Source of the DNA: Alphaproteobacteria bacterium
GTDB lineage: Bacteria; Pseudomonadota; Alphaproteobacteria; GCA-2746255
Length of the DNA: 64,000 bases
Reading direction: 5' to 3'
NCBI GenBank assembly: GCA_965249135.1
Contig: OZ252220.1
Span: 2,016,001 to 2,080,000 of the forward strand
The translations under genes were made by a program, and so were the position numbers. Positions 11,543 to 20,292 of the stretch are shown piece by piece; position 1 is the first letter of the stretch, and each line of letters opens with the position of its first letter. The notes beneath the pieces are model-generated. The model made no database searches. It had not been told where the DNA came from and was given only the letters and a program-made list of their open reading frames with translations.

Positions 11543-12206
11543 CAAACCCATTCCGGAGGTGCTGGATATTTTCGGCATAGCGGTTTGGACCGCCTTTAAA
11601 TGTGGCGGTTCCGGCCACTAGCACATCGGCCCCCGCCGCGACGGCTTCAGCTGCGGTTTTTACATTAATGCCGCCATCGACCTCGAGGTCGATGGCCCGG
11701 CCATTCGCGTCGATTCGTTCTCGCAATGCGCGAATTTTTTCCAGTTGCGACCGAAGGAAGGCCTGTCCCCCAAAGCCCGGGTTGACGGTCATGACGAGCA
11801 CCAGTTCGATGTCGTGGAAGACGTTTTCCACGGCCTCCAATGGCGTTCCCGGATTTAACGAGACCCCGGCTTTCTTGCCGGCTGACTTGATGAGTTGAAC
11901 CGTGCGGTGGAGATGCGGCCCCGCCTCGGGATGAACGGTGATGATGTCGGCTCCGGCTTCTGCAAACTGTGCGACGTAAGGATCGACCGGACTAATCATC
12001 AAGTGGACATCAAAGGGCAGATCCGTATATGGCCGGAGTGCCGCCACGACCGAGGGCCCGATGGTGAGATTCGGGACGAAGTGGCCGTCCATGATGTCAA
12101 TGTGGATGTAATCCGCGCCTGCTGCGCTGATCGCCTGGATCTCCTCGCCTAATTTTGCGAAATCGGCGGAGAGGATGGAGGGGGCAATCCGCGTAGGCTG
12201 CTGCAT
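11520..12206 (-). CDS. rpe: Ribulose-phosphate 3-epimerase
   Basis: [32 protein letters not shown] and VDGG. Confidence 0.97.
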   Translation of the reverse strand: MQQPTRIAPSILSADFAKLGEEIQAISAAGADYIHIDIMDGHFVPNLTIGPSVVAALRPYTDLPFDVHLMISPVDPYVAQFAEAGADIITVHPEAGPHLHRTVQLIKSAGKKAGVSLNPGTPLEAVENVFHDIELVLVMTVNPGFGGQAFLRSQLEKIRALRERIDANGRAIDLEVDGGINVKTAAEAVAAGADVLVAGTATFKGGPNRYAENIQHLRNGFDVTSRRA

Positions 12207-12282
12207 GGCGCTTTCCTAACAGCTTCCCGGGTGGCTCGCAAGACGAAGCAGGAAAGGGGGAATGGCAATGGACTCAGAGGGT

Positions 12283-13575
12283 TCAGCGCAGTTTTCGAAG
12301 GCGGGCCGCGTAGAAGCCGTCCATGCCGCCGAGCGTATCGAGATGCGAGGGTAGCGTGCGAAGATCGCCTACCGGGGTGAGCAATTCACCGATCCCGCCG
12401 ACCTCATCCGGCTCGATCGGCAAACGCACCAGTGGCGCGCCTTTTGCCAGCAGCGCTTCGATCCGTTTTTCCGCCTCCTCCGGCTGCAGCGAGCACACCG
12501 CATAAACGAGGATTCCATCGTCTGCCATCATCGCAACGGCGGACTGAAGCAACGCATCCTGTATGACCGCCAGCTTCTTGATGTCGTCCGGCGTCTTCTG
12601 CCAGGCAATGTCCGGATGGCGCCGTATCGTGCCAGTCGCACTGCAGGGGGCATCCAGAAGGACGAAGGAGGCGGGTTGCTCCGGTTTCCAATCGGTGGCA
12701 TCCGCCTCGATGGTTTGTGCGTCCAGATGAAGGCGGGCAAGATTCTCGTGAAGAAGCCCCAAACGCGAAGGCGAGCGATCGATGGCGATTACACGCGCCC
12801 CATGATCGGCAAGTTGGGCTGCCTTTCCCCCAGGGGCGGCGCAAAGGTCCAGAACGAAGGCATCCTCCACATTGCCGAAAAGCTTCGCCGGAATGGCGGC
12901 GGCTGCATCCTGCACCCACCAGATACCTTCCCCATAGCCGGGAAGCGCATCGATGGACCCATGTGTGTGCAATCGAAAGCTTCCTGTAGGAAGCAGCGTT
13001 GCATCGAGTTTTGCGGCGAAATTTTCCATGCCCTGTCGAAAGGTAAAATCCAAAGGTGCTTTCCGAAGATGGGCGAGGGCAATCTCTCGGCAAATTTCCC
13101 CTCCATAGGCATGCTGCCACGATTCCCAAAGCCAGGCCGGTGTATTGAGGTGCGCCGCATCGTACGATCGAAGCAGTTTCGTTCCCTCTTGCGACAGACG
13201 GCGAAGAACCGCATTCACAAGCCCCTTGTAGAAGGCGAACGGAGTGGCGTGAAGAAGCTCGACGCTGCTGTCGACAGCGGCATGCGGAGGGGTTTTGAGG
13301 AAGCAAAGCTGTGCGATTCCTATACGCAACACATCCCGCACGATGGCGGCTTTTCGTGGGAGCGGCTTTTCGAGGACGTGATCGATGAGGGCGTCGATCT
13401 CGCCAAGATGGCGAAGGGTGGTGGCGACGAGATTGTAAACGAAGGCGCGATCGCGCGGATCGAAACTGGCGATTCCGGGGTCCTCCGCGAAGGCTTCCTC
13501 GAAAGGCGCCTTCCGGCCAAGCACGGCGGCAAGAAGGTCGAGAATGGAACGACGCGGGTTTCGAAAACGGTTCAT
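12283..13575 (-). CDS. rsmB: RsmB/NOP family RNA m5C methyltransferase with NusB-like N-terminus
   Basis: VNAVLR, LDLCAAPGGK, LDAPCSATG and YAVCSL. Confidence 0.88.
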   Translation of the reverse strand: MNRFRNPRRSILDLLAAVLGRKAPFEEAFAEDPGIASFDPRDRAFVYNLVATTLRHLGEIDALIDHVLEKPLPRKAAIVRDVLRIGIAQLCFLKTPPHAAVDSSVELLHATPFAFYKGLVNAVLRRLSQEGTKLLRSYDAAHLNTPAWLWESWQHAYGGEICREIALAHLRKAPLDFTFRQGMENFAAKLDATLLPTGSFRLHTHGSIDALPGYGEGIWWVQDAAAAIPAKLFGNVEDAFVLDLCAAPGGKAAQLADHGARVIAIDRSPSRLGLLHENLARLHLDAQTIEADATDWKPEQPASFVLLDAPCSATGTIRRHPDIAWQKTPDDIKKLAVIQDALLQSAVAMMADDGILVYAVCSLQPEEAEKRIEALLAKGAPLVRLPIEPDEVGGIGELLTPVGDLRTLPSHLDTLGGMDGFYAARLRKLR

Positions 13576-13629
13576 GAGCCAAACCGACGATGCTAAGCTT
13601 CGGGTCCTAATCTCTCTCAGAGGTTTTCG

Positions 13630-13830
13630 ATGGCTGCAAGCTCCGATAAGCCAACACCATCCGCCGTACCTTCCGCGAGAAGGGTGGAAGGGAAGAAGAA
13701 GCGAAAACGAAAAAAAGGCAGCCCGCCGGGTCCGACGAAGGCGGCTCCTGCCGAAATCGGCGGGCCGAAAGGGCCGGAGCCGACCCGCTATGGCGATTGG
13801 GAGCGAAAGGGCCGTTGCTCGGATTTCTAG
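13630..13830 (+). CDS. DUF1674 / SDHAF4-like succinate dehydrogenase assembly factor
   Basis: C-terminal EIGGPKGPEPTRYGDWERKGRCSDF signature. Confidence 0.9.
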   Translation: MAASSDKPTPSAVPSARRVEGKKKRKRKKGSPPGPTKAAPAEIGGPKGPEPTRYGDWERKGRCSDF

Positions 13831-13854
13831 GCGCCGGAAAATTAGGCCTTAATT

Positions 13855-13880
13855 CCCAATTATATACTTTAAAAATACAC
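13855..13880. repeat. Terminal inverted repeat of the IS1595-family element (left in window)
   Basis: CCCAATTATATACTTTAAAAATACAC versus reverse complement of 16186-16211, CCTAATTATATACTTGACACATACAC. Confidence 0.88.
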
Positions 13881-13997
13881 CATATCTTGTTAAAAAATGG
13901 ATATCTAGTAAAGGCACGGCGTCAGCATCCTCTCTCTGGTAGAGAGAACTTGCCAAAGACGGCCGTTTCTGGAATCGATGCAAGGTTGAATGCTAGG

Positions 13998-14026
13998 AAA
14001 AAGGCCGGGGCTTGTAATCCCGGCCT
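13998..14026 (-). terminator. Intrinsic terminator-like hairpin inside the IS, minus strand
   Basis: Stem AGGCCGGG/CCCGGCCT (14002-14009/14019-14026) with an A5 run at 13998-14002 (U tract on the minus strand). Confidence 0.6.
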
Positions 14027-14117
14027 CTATAGGCGTCCCCGCTGCAATTTATCGGAACCGCCGCGGGGCATTGGATTTCTGTAGTAGGGCTTATCTAGCC
14101 TCAAGCGCTTCCTTCGT

Positions 14118-14193
14118 CAAGGCGGTTCTCTTACGAGAAGGAGAACCGCTATGAACAAGGCGGTTCTCTTACGAGAAGGAGAACCGCTATGAA
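14118..14193 (+). repeat. Perfect tandem duplication of a 38-bp hairpin/RBS/ATG unit
   Basis: CAAGGCGGTTCTCTTACGAGAAGGAGAACCGCTATGAA at 14118-14155 and 14156-14193. Confidence 0.95.
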
Positions 14194-14422
14194 AAAGCGG
14201 AAAATCGTTGATGCAAGGGCGGACAAAGAGGGTGACATCACCCATGTCCGTTTCGAAGATAACTCTCGATTTACCTCTGTCGAGCAGGCCATTCCGATGG
14301 CCGATCGCGGGGAAATCAAAGACACCCATGTTGTCAGACGCCAAAATGCGAAGACGCACTTGCGGACGGACCGCGATGGCAGGAAAAGCAACAACCTCGA
14401 TTACATGGCTGGCGGCGGCTAA
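14189..14422 (+). CDS. DUF3892-like small protein (IS cargo)
   Basis: 77 aa; pattern GDITHV...S.EQAI...HLRTDRDGRKSNNLD resembles DUF3892; AAGGAG RBS. Confidence 0.7.
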   Translation: MKKRKIVDARADKEGDITHVRFEDNSRFTSVEQAIPMADRGEIKDTHVVRRQNAKTHLRTDRDGRKSNNLDYMAGGG

Positions 14423-14602
14423 AGCCAGTAGGTGAAGCGCGGCTTCATAACGCGTTCATTCCTGTAATCGTCGAGATTCCGATACAGGTTGGCCGTTATG
14501 GAGCCGTCTTCATCGTCCCGGTTCATCGTCCCGGAATATTTCGCTCGCGATATAAATTTTATCGTCCAAGACGACGAGATAATCATAGTTTCTCAGCATC
14601 AT
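14419..14602 (-). pseudogene. Small hypothetical ORF disrupted by a 13-bp tandem duplication
   Basis: Removing one TTCATCGTCCCGG copy (14509-14521/14522-14534) restores 56 aa MMLRNYDYLVVLDDKIYIASEIFRDDEDGSITANLYRNLDDYRNERVMKPRFTYWL; its stop overlaps the DUF3892 stop. Confidence 0.55.
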
Positions 14603-14753
14603 CGCGGTGCTTCGTTTGCGGTTTGGCTTTTGGTTTACGTGGACGCGGGGGCGTGTTCAACATGCGACGAATGACTGCTTTTTCAATAGGACGCTGGCGG
14701 ATGCTCTTATCGGTCACGACTTTGTTTTTATTACCTTTTTTTGTATCAGTCAT
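14583..14753 (-). CDS. Small basic hypothetical protein (56 aa, IS cargo; below ORF-track cutoff)
   Basis: MTDTKKGNKNKVVTDKSIRQRPIEKAVIRRMLNTPPRPRKPKAKPQTKHRDDAEKL, AAGGT RBS; RRMLNTPP resembles short peptides I recall next to IS1595 transposases. Confidence 0.5.
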   Translation of the reverse strand: MTDTKKGNKNKVVTDKSIRQRPIEKAVIRRMLNTPPRPRKPKAKPQTKHRDDAEKL

Positions 14754-14779
14754 CGTAGCTACCTTGGGCTGGTAAAAAA

Positions 14780-15005
14780 TAAACGGCTGCTTTTAAAGAG
14801 GGGGTGAACAATACCGTGCAGCAAACCATTTCGCGGGATAAATGGGAGGTCGCTTTTCTCGAATCGGCAAAAGACACCCTGTTATGGGCGGCTGATTATT
14901 GTGCTTGGGCCATACAAAGGAAGTGGGAGACTGGCGATACTCGCTCCTTTGATTTGATTGCCGATAAGGTGGCAGTGGAGGCAGGGTACACGCCATTACT
15001 ATTAA
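14780..15005 (+). pseudogene. C-terminal fragment of a DUF3800-like protein (5'-truncated, frameshifted near its end)
   Basis: LWAADYCAWAIQRKWE...RSFDLIADK resembles the DUF3800 C-terminal QxADxxAW motif; alternative frame gives QGTRHYY-stop (TAA 15003-15005). Confidence 0.65.
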
Positions 15006-15008
15006 AGA

Positions 15009-15081
15009 AAGCGAGACCCGCAATCTTAGCTATCCTTTCGGAGGTGCCCAGGGGCACTTTCGCTAAGCAAGGGTCCCGCTT
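15009..15081 (-). ncRNA. Putative structured RNA next to the DUF3800-like fragment
   Basis: 11-bp outer stem (one G-U on the minus strand), 6-bp inner stem CTTAGC/GCTAAG and two hairpins, one with a GAAA tetraloop on the minus strand. Confidence 0.6.
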
Positions 15082-15211
15082 CTGGAACCTACAGAATCAC
15101 GGCTGGCAAGGAAGGTCAAATCACAATCAACCGCGCCTCAACCAAACCAACCATCTAGCTTTTTCAAGCACTTGTCGGACGTTTAGCCTGGCAAGCCGAA
15201 GCTTCGGCAAT

Positions 15212-16136
15212 TCACCACCCTTGAGACCTCCCATAGGTAAGCCGTTTGCCTTCGATGCCTCTTAAGGCCATATCCGCACGGGTGGCATCCTCAATCTTGC
15301 GGGTGTTGTAGCGGAAATCGAACTCCGCCAGGTACCGATGAAGGTGTTTCTCTTGGCAGTGCTGGTAAACGCCCCTCATGCCCCGTTTAAATACGCTGAA
15401 ATAGGTTTCCACGGCATTCGTGGACTCACCCGAAGGGCCGACATACTGACCCCTAGCGTGAACGACCGTCCTGTGGGCTGCGAACTCCTTGCCAAGTTTC
15501 GTATAGATGCGGCTTTCGTCCGTATGCAATTCCGACTTGCGGGAGATGTGACGGACGAGAATTTCACGCACCGTCCGGGCATTGGCCGTTTTAACATTGA
15601 AGGAGCGAACACTACCGCCGGGCTCTACTAGGGTCACGACCGAGCGCTTTTTGGACAGGCCCTTTTTCTCCGGCCATTTCTTGCCGCGCACTACATCCTT
15701 GGAGCCGAAGTAGGTTTCGTCCACCTGGATGGCCTTGCCGGGGCCGCCCATAGGCGAGGAATTGTCCCCTCGCATGGGCCTCGCGGATGCGGTGGGCCAT
15801 GAACCACGCCGTCTTGTAGGTAATGCCAAGCATCCTGTGTAGTTGGTGGGCGCTCATGCCCTTCTTGGAGGCGCAAATAAGGTGGTTCGCCGCCAACCAT
15901 TTATGCAGGGGGACGTGGGAGCGCTCGAAAAGGGTGCCTACCGTCACGGAGAACTGCTTTCTGCAAGCGCCGCAATGCCATAGGCCGGGGCGGGCTGCCT
16001 TGCCGCGAATTCGCGTCGAGCGGCCTTTCTTGCCACAATGAGGGCAAGTAGGAATTTTGTCCGGCCAGCGGGCCGATTCCAGCCATTTCCGGGCTGTTTT
16101 CTCGTCGTGAAACCGCTTTTCACCAAGGCTTACCAT
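15212..16136 (-). pseudogene. IS1595-family DDE transposase split by a +1 frameshift
   Basis: Zn ribbon CPHCG...CGAC, HTH region, VDETY, LHTDE, TNAVE and HLHRYLAEFDFRYN; one extra base in GGG 15776-15778 separates HRIREA from MRGDNS. Confidence 0.9.
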
Positions 16137-16185
16137 CTTCTTAGCTCCTTCATATCCTTACATAAAGGAGCATATCGGAATCAGA

Positions 16186-16211
16186 GTGTATGTGTCAAGT
16201 ATATAATTAGG
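16186..16211. repeat. Terminal inverted repeat of the IS1595-family element (upstream of the transposase)
   Basis: GTGTATGTGTCAAGTATATAATTAGG followed by the TSD CCTTAATT. Confidence 0.88.
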
Positions 16212-16366
16212 CCTTAATTCCTTAATTAAGATTATTAACCTAAAAATTCTTGCTTTGTTCCAGGATCCGTTCCACACTTTCGACGGATTTCAGCCGGGCG
16301 AGGGCAATTTTCATACGCCCGTATTCAGGCAGGCCGGGCCTGCCGTGGAATAATCCGGCACATGCA

Positions 16367-16861
16367 ATGGTAAGAAGGGTAAGGAGGATGATCGGTTCCT
16401 TCCGGCCTTTTACACTCTTCTTCGGTCTCGTTCTTGGCTTCTGGGCTTCGGCTGCAGATGCAGTGGAAGCGTTGCCGGGGCCGGCGCCGGCGCGAGTGCT
16501 GCGCGTCGTCGATGGCGACACACTGGTTGTGCGGGCCAGGGTTTGGCCGGGCCATCAGGTGGAAACGCTCGTCCGCCTTAAGGGCATCGACGCACCGGAA
16601 CTGAAGGCAGGCTGCGAGAGAGAACGTGCCCTTGCTCACCAGGCGCGTAGCTTTCTGGAACAACATGCCGCCGAAGGGCCCGTCTGGCTCTCGGATATCC
16701 GTTTCGGGAAATATGCCGGTCGGGTCCTCGCGCGCGTAACGGTCGATTCCGGGGCGGATCTAAGCATGCAGCTGTTGGCGGTCGGCCTCGCACGCGTCTA
16801 TGCAGGGGGCGCGCGCCTTTCCTGGTGCGGCGAAACGCATTCGGAGCACACGACGCCTTAA
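16367..16861 (+). CDS. Thermonuclease (SNase-like) family protein
   Basis: Signal peptide, [17 protein letters not shown] and KYAGRVLA; start uncertain. Confidence 0.88.
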   Translation: MVRRVRRMIGSFRPFTLFFGLVLGFWASAADAVEALPGPAPARVLRVVDGDTLVVRARVWPGHQVETLVRLKGIDAPELKAGCERERALAHQARSFLEQHAAEGPVWLSDIRFGKYAGRVLARVTVDSGADLSMQLLAVGLARVYAGGARLSWCGETHSEHTTP

Positions 16862-18795
16862 CGATTCATTCGGTGCTCGACCAGTTCGTTCACGACGCTT
16901 GGGTCCGCCAGAGTCGAGGTGTCACCAAGGTTTTCGTATTCATTTTCGGCAATCTTGCGAAGGATTCGCCGCATGATTTTGCCGGATCGCGTCTTTGGTA
17001 GTCCCGGCGCCCATTGGAGAAAATCCGGAACGGCGATCGGTCCGATTTCCTTTCGGACCCATTGGACGAGCTCTTTGCGCAGCGAATCGCTTGGCTCCTC
17101 GTGTGCCATCAGGGTGACGTAAGCATAGATGCCTTGACCCTTGATCTTATGGGGGTAACCGACGACGGCCGCTTCCGATACCTTCGGATGCGCGACCAAT
17201 GCGCTTTCAACCTCGGCCGTGCCCATCCGATGACCAGAAACGTTGATCACGTCGTCGATTCGACCGCTGATCCAGTAGTAGCCGTCTTCATCCCGGCGGC
17301 AGCCGTCGCCGGTGAAGTAGTGGCCTGGATAGGTCGAGAAATAGGTCTGCACGAACCGCTCATGGTCGCCATAGAGGGTCCGCATCTGGCCGGGCCAGGA
17401 ATTGGCGATGCAGAGGGCGCCTTCGCAAACGCCTTCCTGGGGATTTCCCTTTTCGTCGACGATCTCCGGCTTCACACCGAAGAAGGGCCGGGCGGCGGAT
17501 CCCGGTTTTAATTGGGTGGCCCCCGGCAGGGGTGTGATCAATATACCGCCCGTCTCCGTCTGCCACCAGGTGTCCACGATTGGCGAACGCTTATCGCCGA
17601 CGACACGGTAGTACCAAAGCCATGCCTCCGGGTTGATGGGCTCCCCAACCGTGCCAAGAAGGCGAAGCGACTTTCGGCTCGTTTGCTTTACCGGGCCATC
17701 CCCCTCATGCATGAGGGCCCGGATCGCCGTCGGCGCGGTGTAGAAGATATTGACCTGGTGCTTGTCTACAACCTGCCAAAAGCGGGAATAGTCCGGATAA
17801 TTCGGCACGCCTTCGAATATCAGTGTCGTCGCGCCGTTCGCCAGCGGGCCATAGATGATGTAGCTGTGTCCGGTTACCCAACCGACGTCCGCCGTGCACC
17901 AGTAGGTATCGCCATCGTGATAGTCGAAGACATACTTATGCGTCATCGCGGTGTAGACGAGATAGCCACCACTCGTATGCAAAACCCCCTTTGGCTTTCC
18001 CGTTGAGCCCGATGTGTAAAGGATAAAAAGCGGATCCTCCGCCGCCATTTCCTCCAGAGGACAATCGGGAGAGGCGGCTTCCAGTGCTTCCTCGTACCAG
18101 ACGTCGCGCCCTTCCACCCAGTTTACGTCGCCACTGGTCCGCCGGACCACGATAACGGTATGGACGTTCGGGTAGGTTTCGAGTGCTTGGTCCGTATTCG
18201 CCTTAAGTGGAACCGTTTTCCCGCCGCGGATTCCTTCATCTGCGGTAATGACCACCGTGCTATCGCAATCCTCAATTCGGCCATGCAACGAAGTCGGTGA
18301 GAACCCGCCAAAGACGACGGAGTGAATCGCTCCGATCCGCGCGCAGGCGAGCATGGCGTAGGCCGCCTCTGGGATCATCGGCATGTAGATGGTGACTCGA
18401 TCGCCCTTCTTTGTGCCCCGGTCTTTCAATACATTCGCAAAACGTGAAACCTGCTCGTGAAGCTCACGGTAGGTAATTTTCTTGTCATCCTTTGGGTCAT
18501 CCCCTTCCCAGATAATGGCCGTCTGGTCTGCGCGTTCGGGAAGATGGCGATCGATGCAGTTTGCACAGACATTCAGTGTCCCGTCATAGAACCAGCGGAT
18601 GTGAACGTCACCCTTGAAAGAAGCGTCTTTTACTTTCGTGTATGGCGTGATCCAGTCGAGGCGCTTGCCCTGCTCGCCCCAGAATCCTTCCGGGTCCTTT
18701 ATCGAGCGTTCGTACATTTCCTGGTAGGTCGCAGCATCCGCCCAGGCGGCCTTTGCCACGGCCTCTGGCACCGGAATCACAAGGTGTTCGGACAT
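16858..18795 (-). CDS. acs: Acetyl-CoA synthetase
   Basis: [20 protein letters not shown] and [12 protein letters not shown]. Confidence 0.97.
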   Translation of the reverse strand: MSEHLVIPVPEAVAKAAWADAATYQEMYERSIKDPEGFWGEQGKRLDWITPYTKVKDASFKGDVHIRWFYDGTLNVCANCIDRHLPERADQTAIIWEGDDPKDDKKITYRELHEQVSRFANVLKDRGTKKGDRVTIYMPMIPEAAYAMLACARIGAIHSVVFGGFSPTSLHGRIEDCDSTVVITADEGIRGGKTVPLKANTDQALETYPNVHTVIVVRRTSGDVNWVEGRDVWYEEALEAASPDCPLEEMAAEDPLFILYTSGSTGKPKGVLHTSGGYLVYTAMTHKYVFDYHDGDTYWCTADVGWVTGHSYIIYGPLANGATTLIFEGVPNYPDYSRFWQVVDKHQVNIFYTAPTAIRALMHEGDGPVKQTSRKSLRLLGTVGEPINPEAWLWYYRVVGDKRSPIVDTWWQTETGGILITPLPGATQLKPGSAARPFFGVKPEIVDEKGNPQEGVCEGALCIANSWPGQMRTLYGDHERFVQTYFSTYPGHYFTGDGCRRDEDGYYWISGRIDDVINVSGHRMGTAEVESALVAHPKVSEAAVVGYPHKIKGQGIYAYVTLMAHEEPSDSLRKELVQWVRKEIGPIAVPDFLQWAPGLPKTRSGKIMRRILRKIAENEYENLGDTSTLADPSVVNELVEHRMNR

Positions 18796-18914
18796 CTTAT
18801 GGGCTTCCTTCCCTGATTTAGGCTTTTCGTTTCCAAATAGTTTAGGGGATCAACGGTTGAAGGCAAAGCCGTCCCGTGACCGGGCGCCGGGTTCAGATTT
18901 AAGAAGCCAGTAGT

Positions 18915-19217
18915 TCATCGGATTCGGATGTTGTTTTCCTTAGGCAACACAATTTTATAGGGCTGAATCGTGACCGTTTGAAAAATCCCATCCTTCTTAT
19001 AGGGGTCACCTTCCGCGAAGGCCTCAGCTTCCGCCAGACTTTTAAACTCGACGACAAGAAGGCTTCCAGTGGGCTTGCCGTTTTCTTTCGAAAGCGTCGG
19101 TCCGGCGAGGATAAGATGATCCTTTTGCTCCTCGAGATAAGCAAAGTGACGTTCGCGGAATTTTGCGCGGTGTTCTAGGCCATCCGGGCCGTCATAGCAA
19201 TGAATCAAGTAGAACAT
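18915..19217 (-). CDS. YciI family protein
   Basis: R...RERHFAYL, AGP, GSLLVVEF and DPY. Confidence 0.85.
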   Translation of the reverse strand: MFYLIHCYDGPDGLEHRAKFRERHFAYLEEQKDHLILAGPTLSKENGKPTGSLLVVEFKSLAEAEAFAEGDPYKKDGIFQTVTIQPYKIVLPKENNIRIR

Positions 19218-19250
19218 GCCCCGTCTCCTTAGCCGCGCTGTAAGAGAGAT

Positions 19251-20261
19251 TTAAGCAAATACGACGCCGTCCGGCAGCTCTTCTCCAAAGGGTCGGGCAA
19301 GAAGGCCTTTGATCGTCTGATCGATGTCCGCGCCATGATGGAGCACGTCACGAATTGCATTGGCGATCGGCATTTCAAGCCCATGACGGTTGGCAAGCTC
19401 GGGTATGGCACGCGCCGTAAAGATCCCCTCTGTTACGGACTTGCGGGCGGCCAGTATTTCTTCGAGCGTTTTTCCTTCGCCTAACGCGATGCCGAGGGTG
19501 AGGTTGCGGGACTGACGGCTACTGCAGGTGAGCGTAAGGTCTCCCAATCCCGAAAGCCCCATGAAGGTTTTGGCATGGCCCCCGAGCACGACACCCAAGC
19601 GTAGGATTTCAGCAAGCCCGCGGGTAATCAATGCTGCTCTGGCATTCTCACCAAGACGGCGCCCATCGACGATCCCACAGGCGATCGCCAGCACATTCTT
19701 CACGGCGCCACCGATCTGGGTGCCAACGACGTCTTCGGAAAGGTAGGTGCGAAAACGAGGACTTCCTAAAATCGCCTGCAATTGCTCGCCAACATGCGTG
19801 TCTTCGCAGGCCAAAGTCGCGGCCGTCGGCAAACCACGCGCTACCTCCGCTGCAAAAGTTGGTCCCGACAGCACGGCAAGGGATGCGTTTGGAAGCGTCG
19901 CGCCTATGACTTCGCTCATCAAGGCGCCGCTCTTCTCCTCGATACCTTTCGCGCAGATAACCACCGGGGTCTCGTTCTTCACGTGGGGGGCAAGTGATTC
20001 GGCGGCCTTGCGTAGGTATTGTGCAGGTGTGGTGAGTAAAAGCACGTCCGCTTTCGCCACTACATCAAAGGCATCGGTCACATGGATTTCAGAGTCGAGC
20101 TTGATTCCAGGTAAGTAGACCGCATTTTCGGAAGTCTCTCGAATGACCTCGATGACCTCCGGCTCCCGGGCGTATAGAATCGTTTCCTTGCCTTGCCGCC
20201 GTACGACTTGTGCAAGGGCCGTTCCCCAGGCACCCGCTCCCACAATCCCGATTCGCGTCAT
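19251..20261 (-). CDS. gpsA: NAD(P)H-dependent glycerol-3-phosphate dehydrogenase
   Basis: GAGAWGTALA, LSGPTFA, GGAVKNV, GLGDLTLTC and SRN. Confidence 0.96.
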   Translation of the reverse strand: MTRIGIVGAGAWGTALAQVVRRQGKETILYAREPEVIEVIRETSENAVYLPGIKLDSEIHVTDAFDVVAKADVLLLTTPAQYLRKAAESLAPHVKNETPVVICAKGIEEKSGALMSEVIGATLPNASLAVLSGPTFAAEVARGLPTAATLACEDTHVGEQLQAILGSPRFRTYLSEDVVGTQIGGAVKNVLAIACGIVDGRRLGENARAALITRGLAEILRLGVVLGGHAKTFMGLSGLGDLTLTCSSRQSRNLTLGIALGEGKTLEEILAARKSVTEGIFTARAIPELANRHGLEMPIANAIRDVLHHGADIDQTIKGLLARPFGEELPDGVVFA

Positions 20262-20292
20262 GGTATTCACTCTAGCATGGATGCTGGTTGCG

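Larger units (their letters stand above)
13855..16211 (-). mobile_element. IS1595-family element carrying passenger genes
   Basis: 26-bp imperfect terminal IRs (13855-13880 and 16186-16211, 22/26 match), flanking 8-bp direct repeat CCTTAATT (13847-13854 and 16212-16219), and an IS1595-type transposase inside. Confidence 0.9.

Noticed and set aside
12404-13596. Long alternative-frame and antisense ORFs over rsmB (likewise over hemY, lysA, argH, ccr, lysC)
   Set aside because: Shadow ORFs typical of GC-rich coding DNA, with no motifs.
14118-14193. Possible CRISPR mini-array (palindromic repeat of about 38 bp)
   Set aside because: The two copies are directly adjacent with no spacer, contain an RBS and ATG, and no cas genes are present.
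14804-15265. 153-aa ORF as an intact gene
   Set aside because: Only the first ~60 aa look like a real protein; the rest reads through the RNA-like element and into the transposase 3' end.
15770-15785. Programmed frameshift in the transposase
   Set aside because: No slippery heptamer at the junction, and IS1595 transposases are normally single ORFs; a simple +1 indel explains it.
16367-16861. Thermonuclease as IS cargo or defence nuclease
   Set aside because: It lies outside the IR/TSD boundary, so it is not part of the element.
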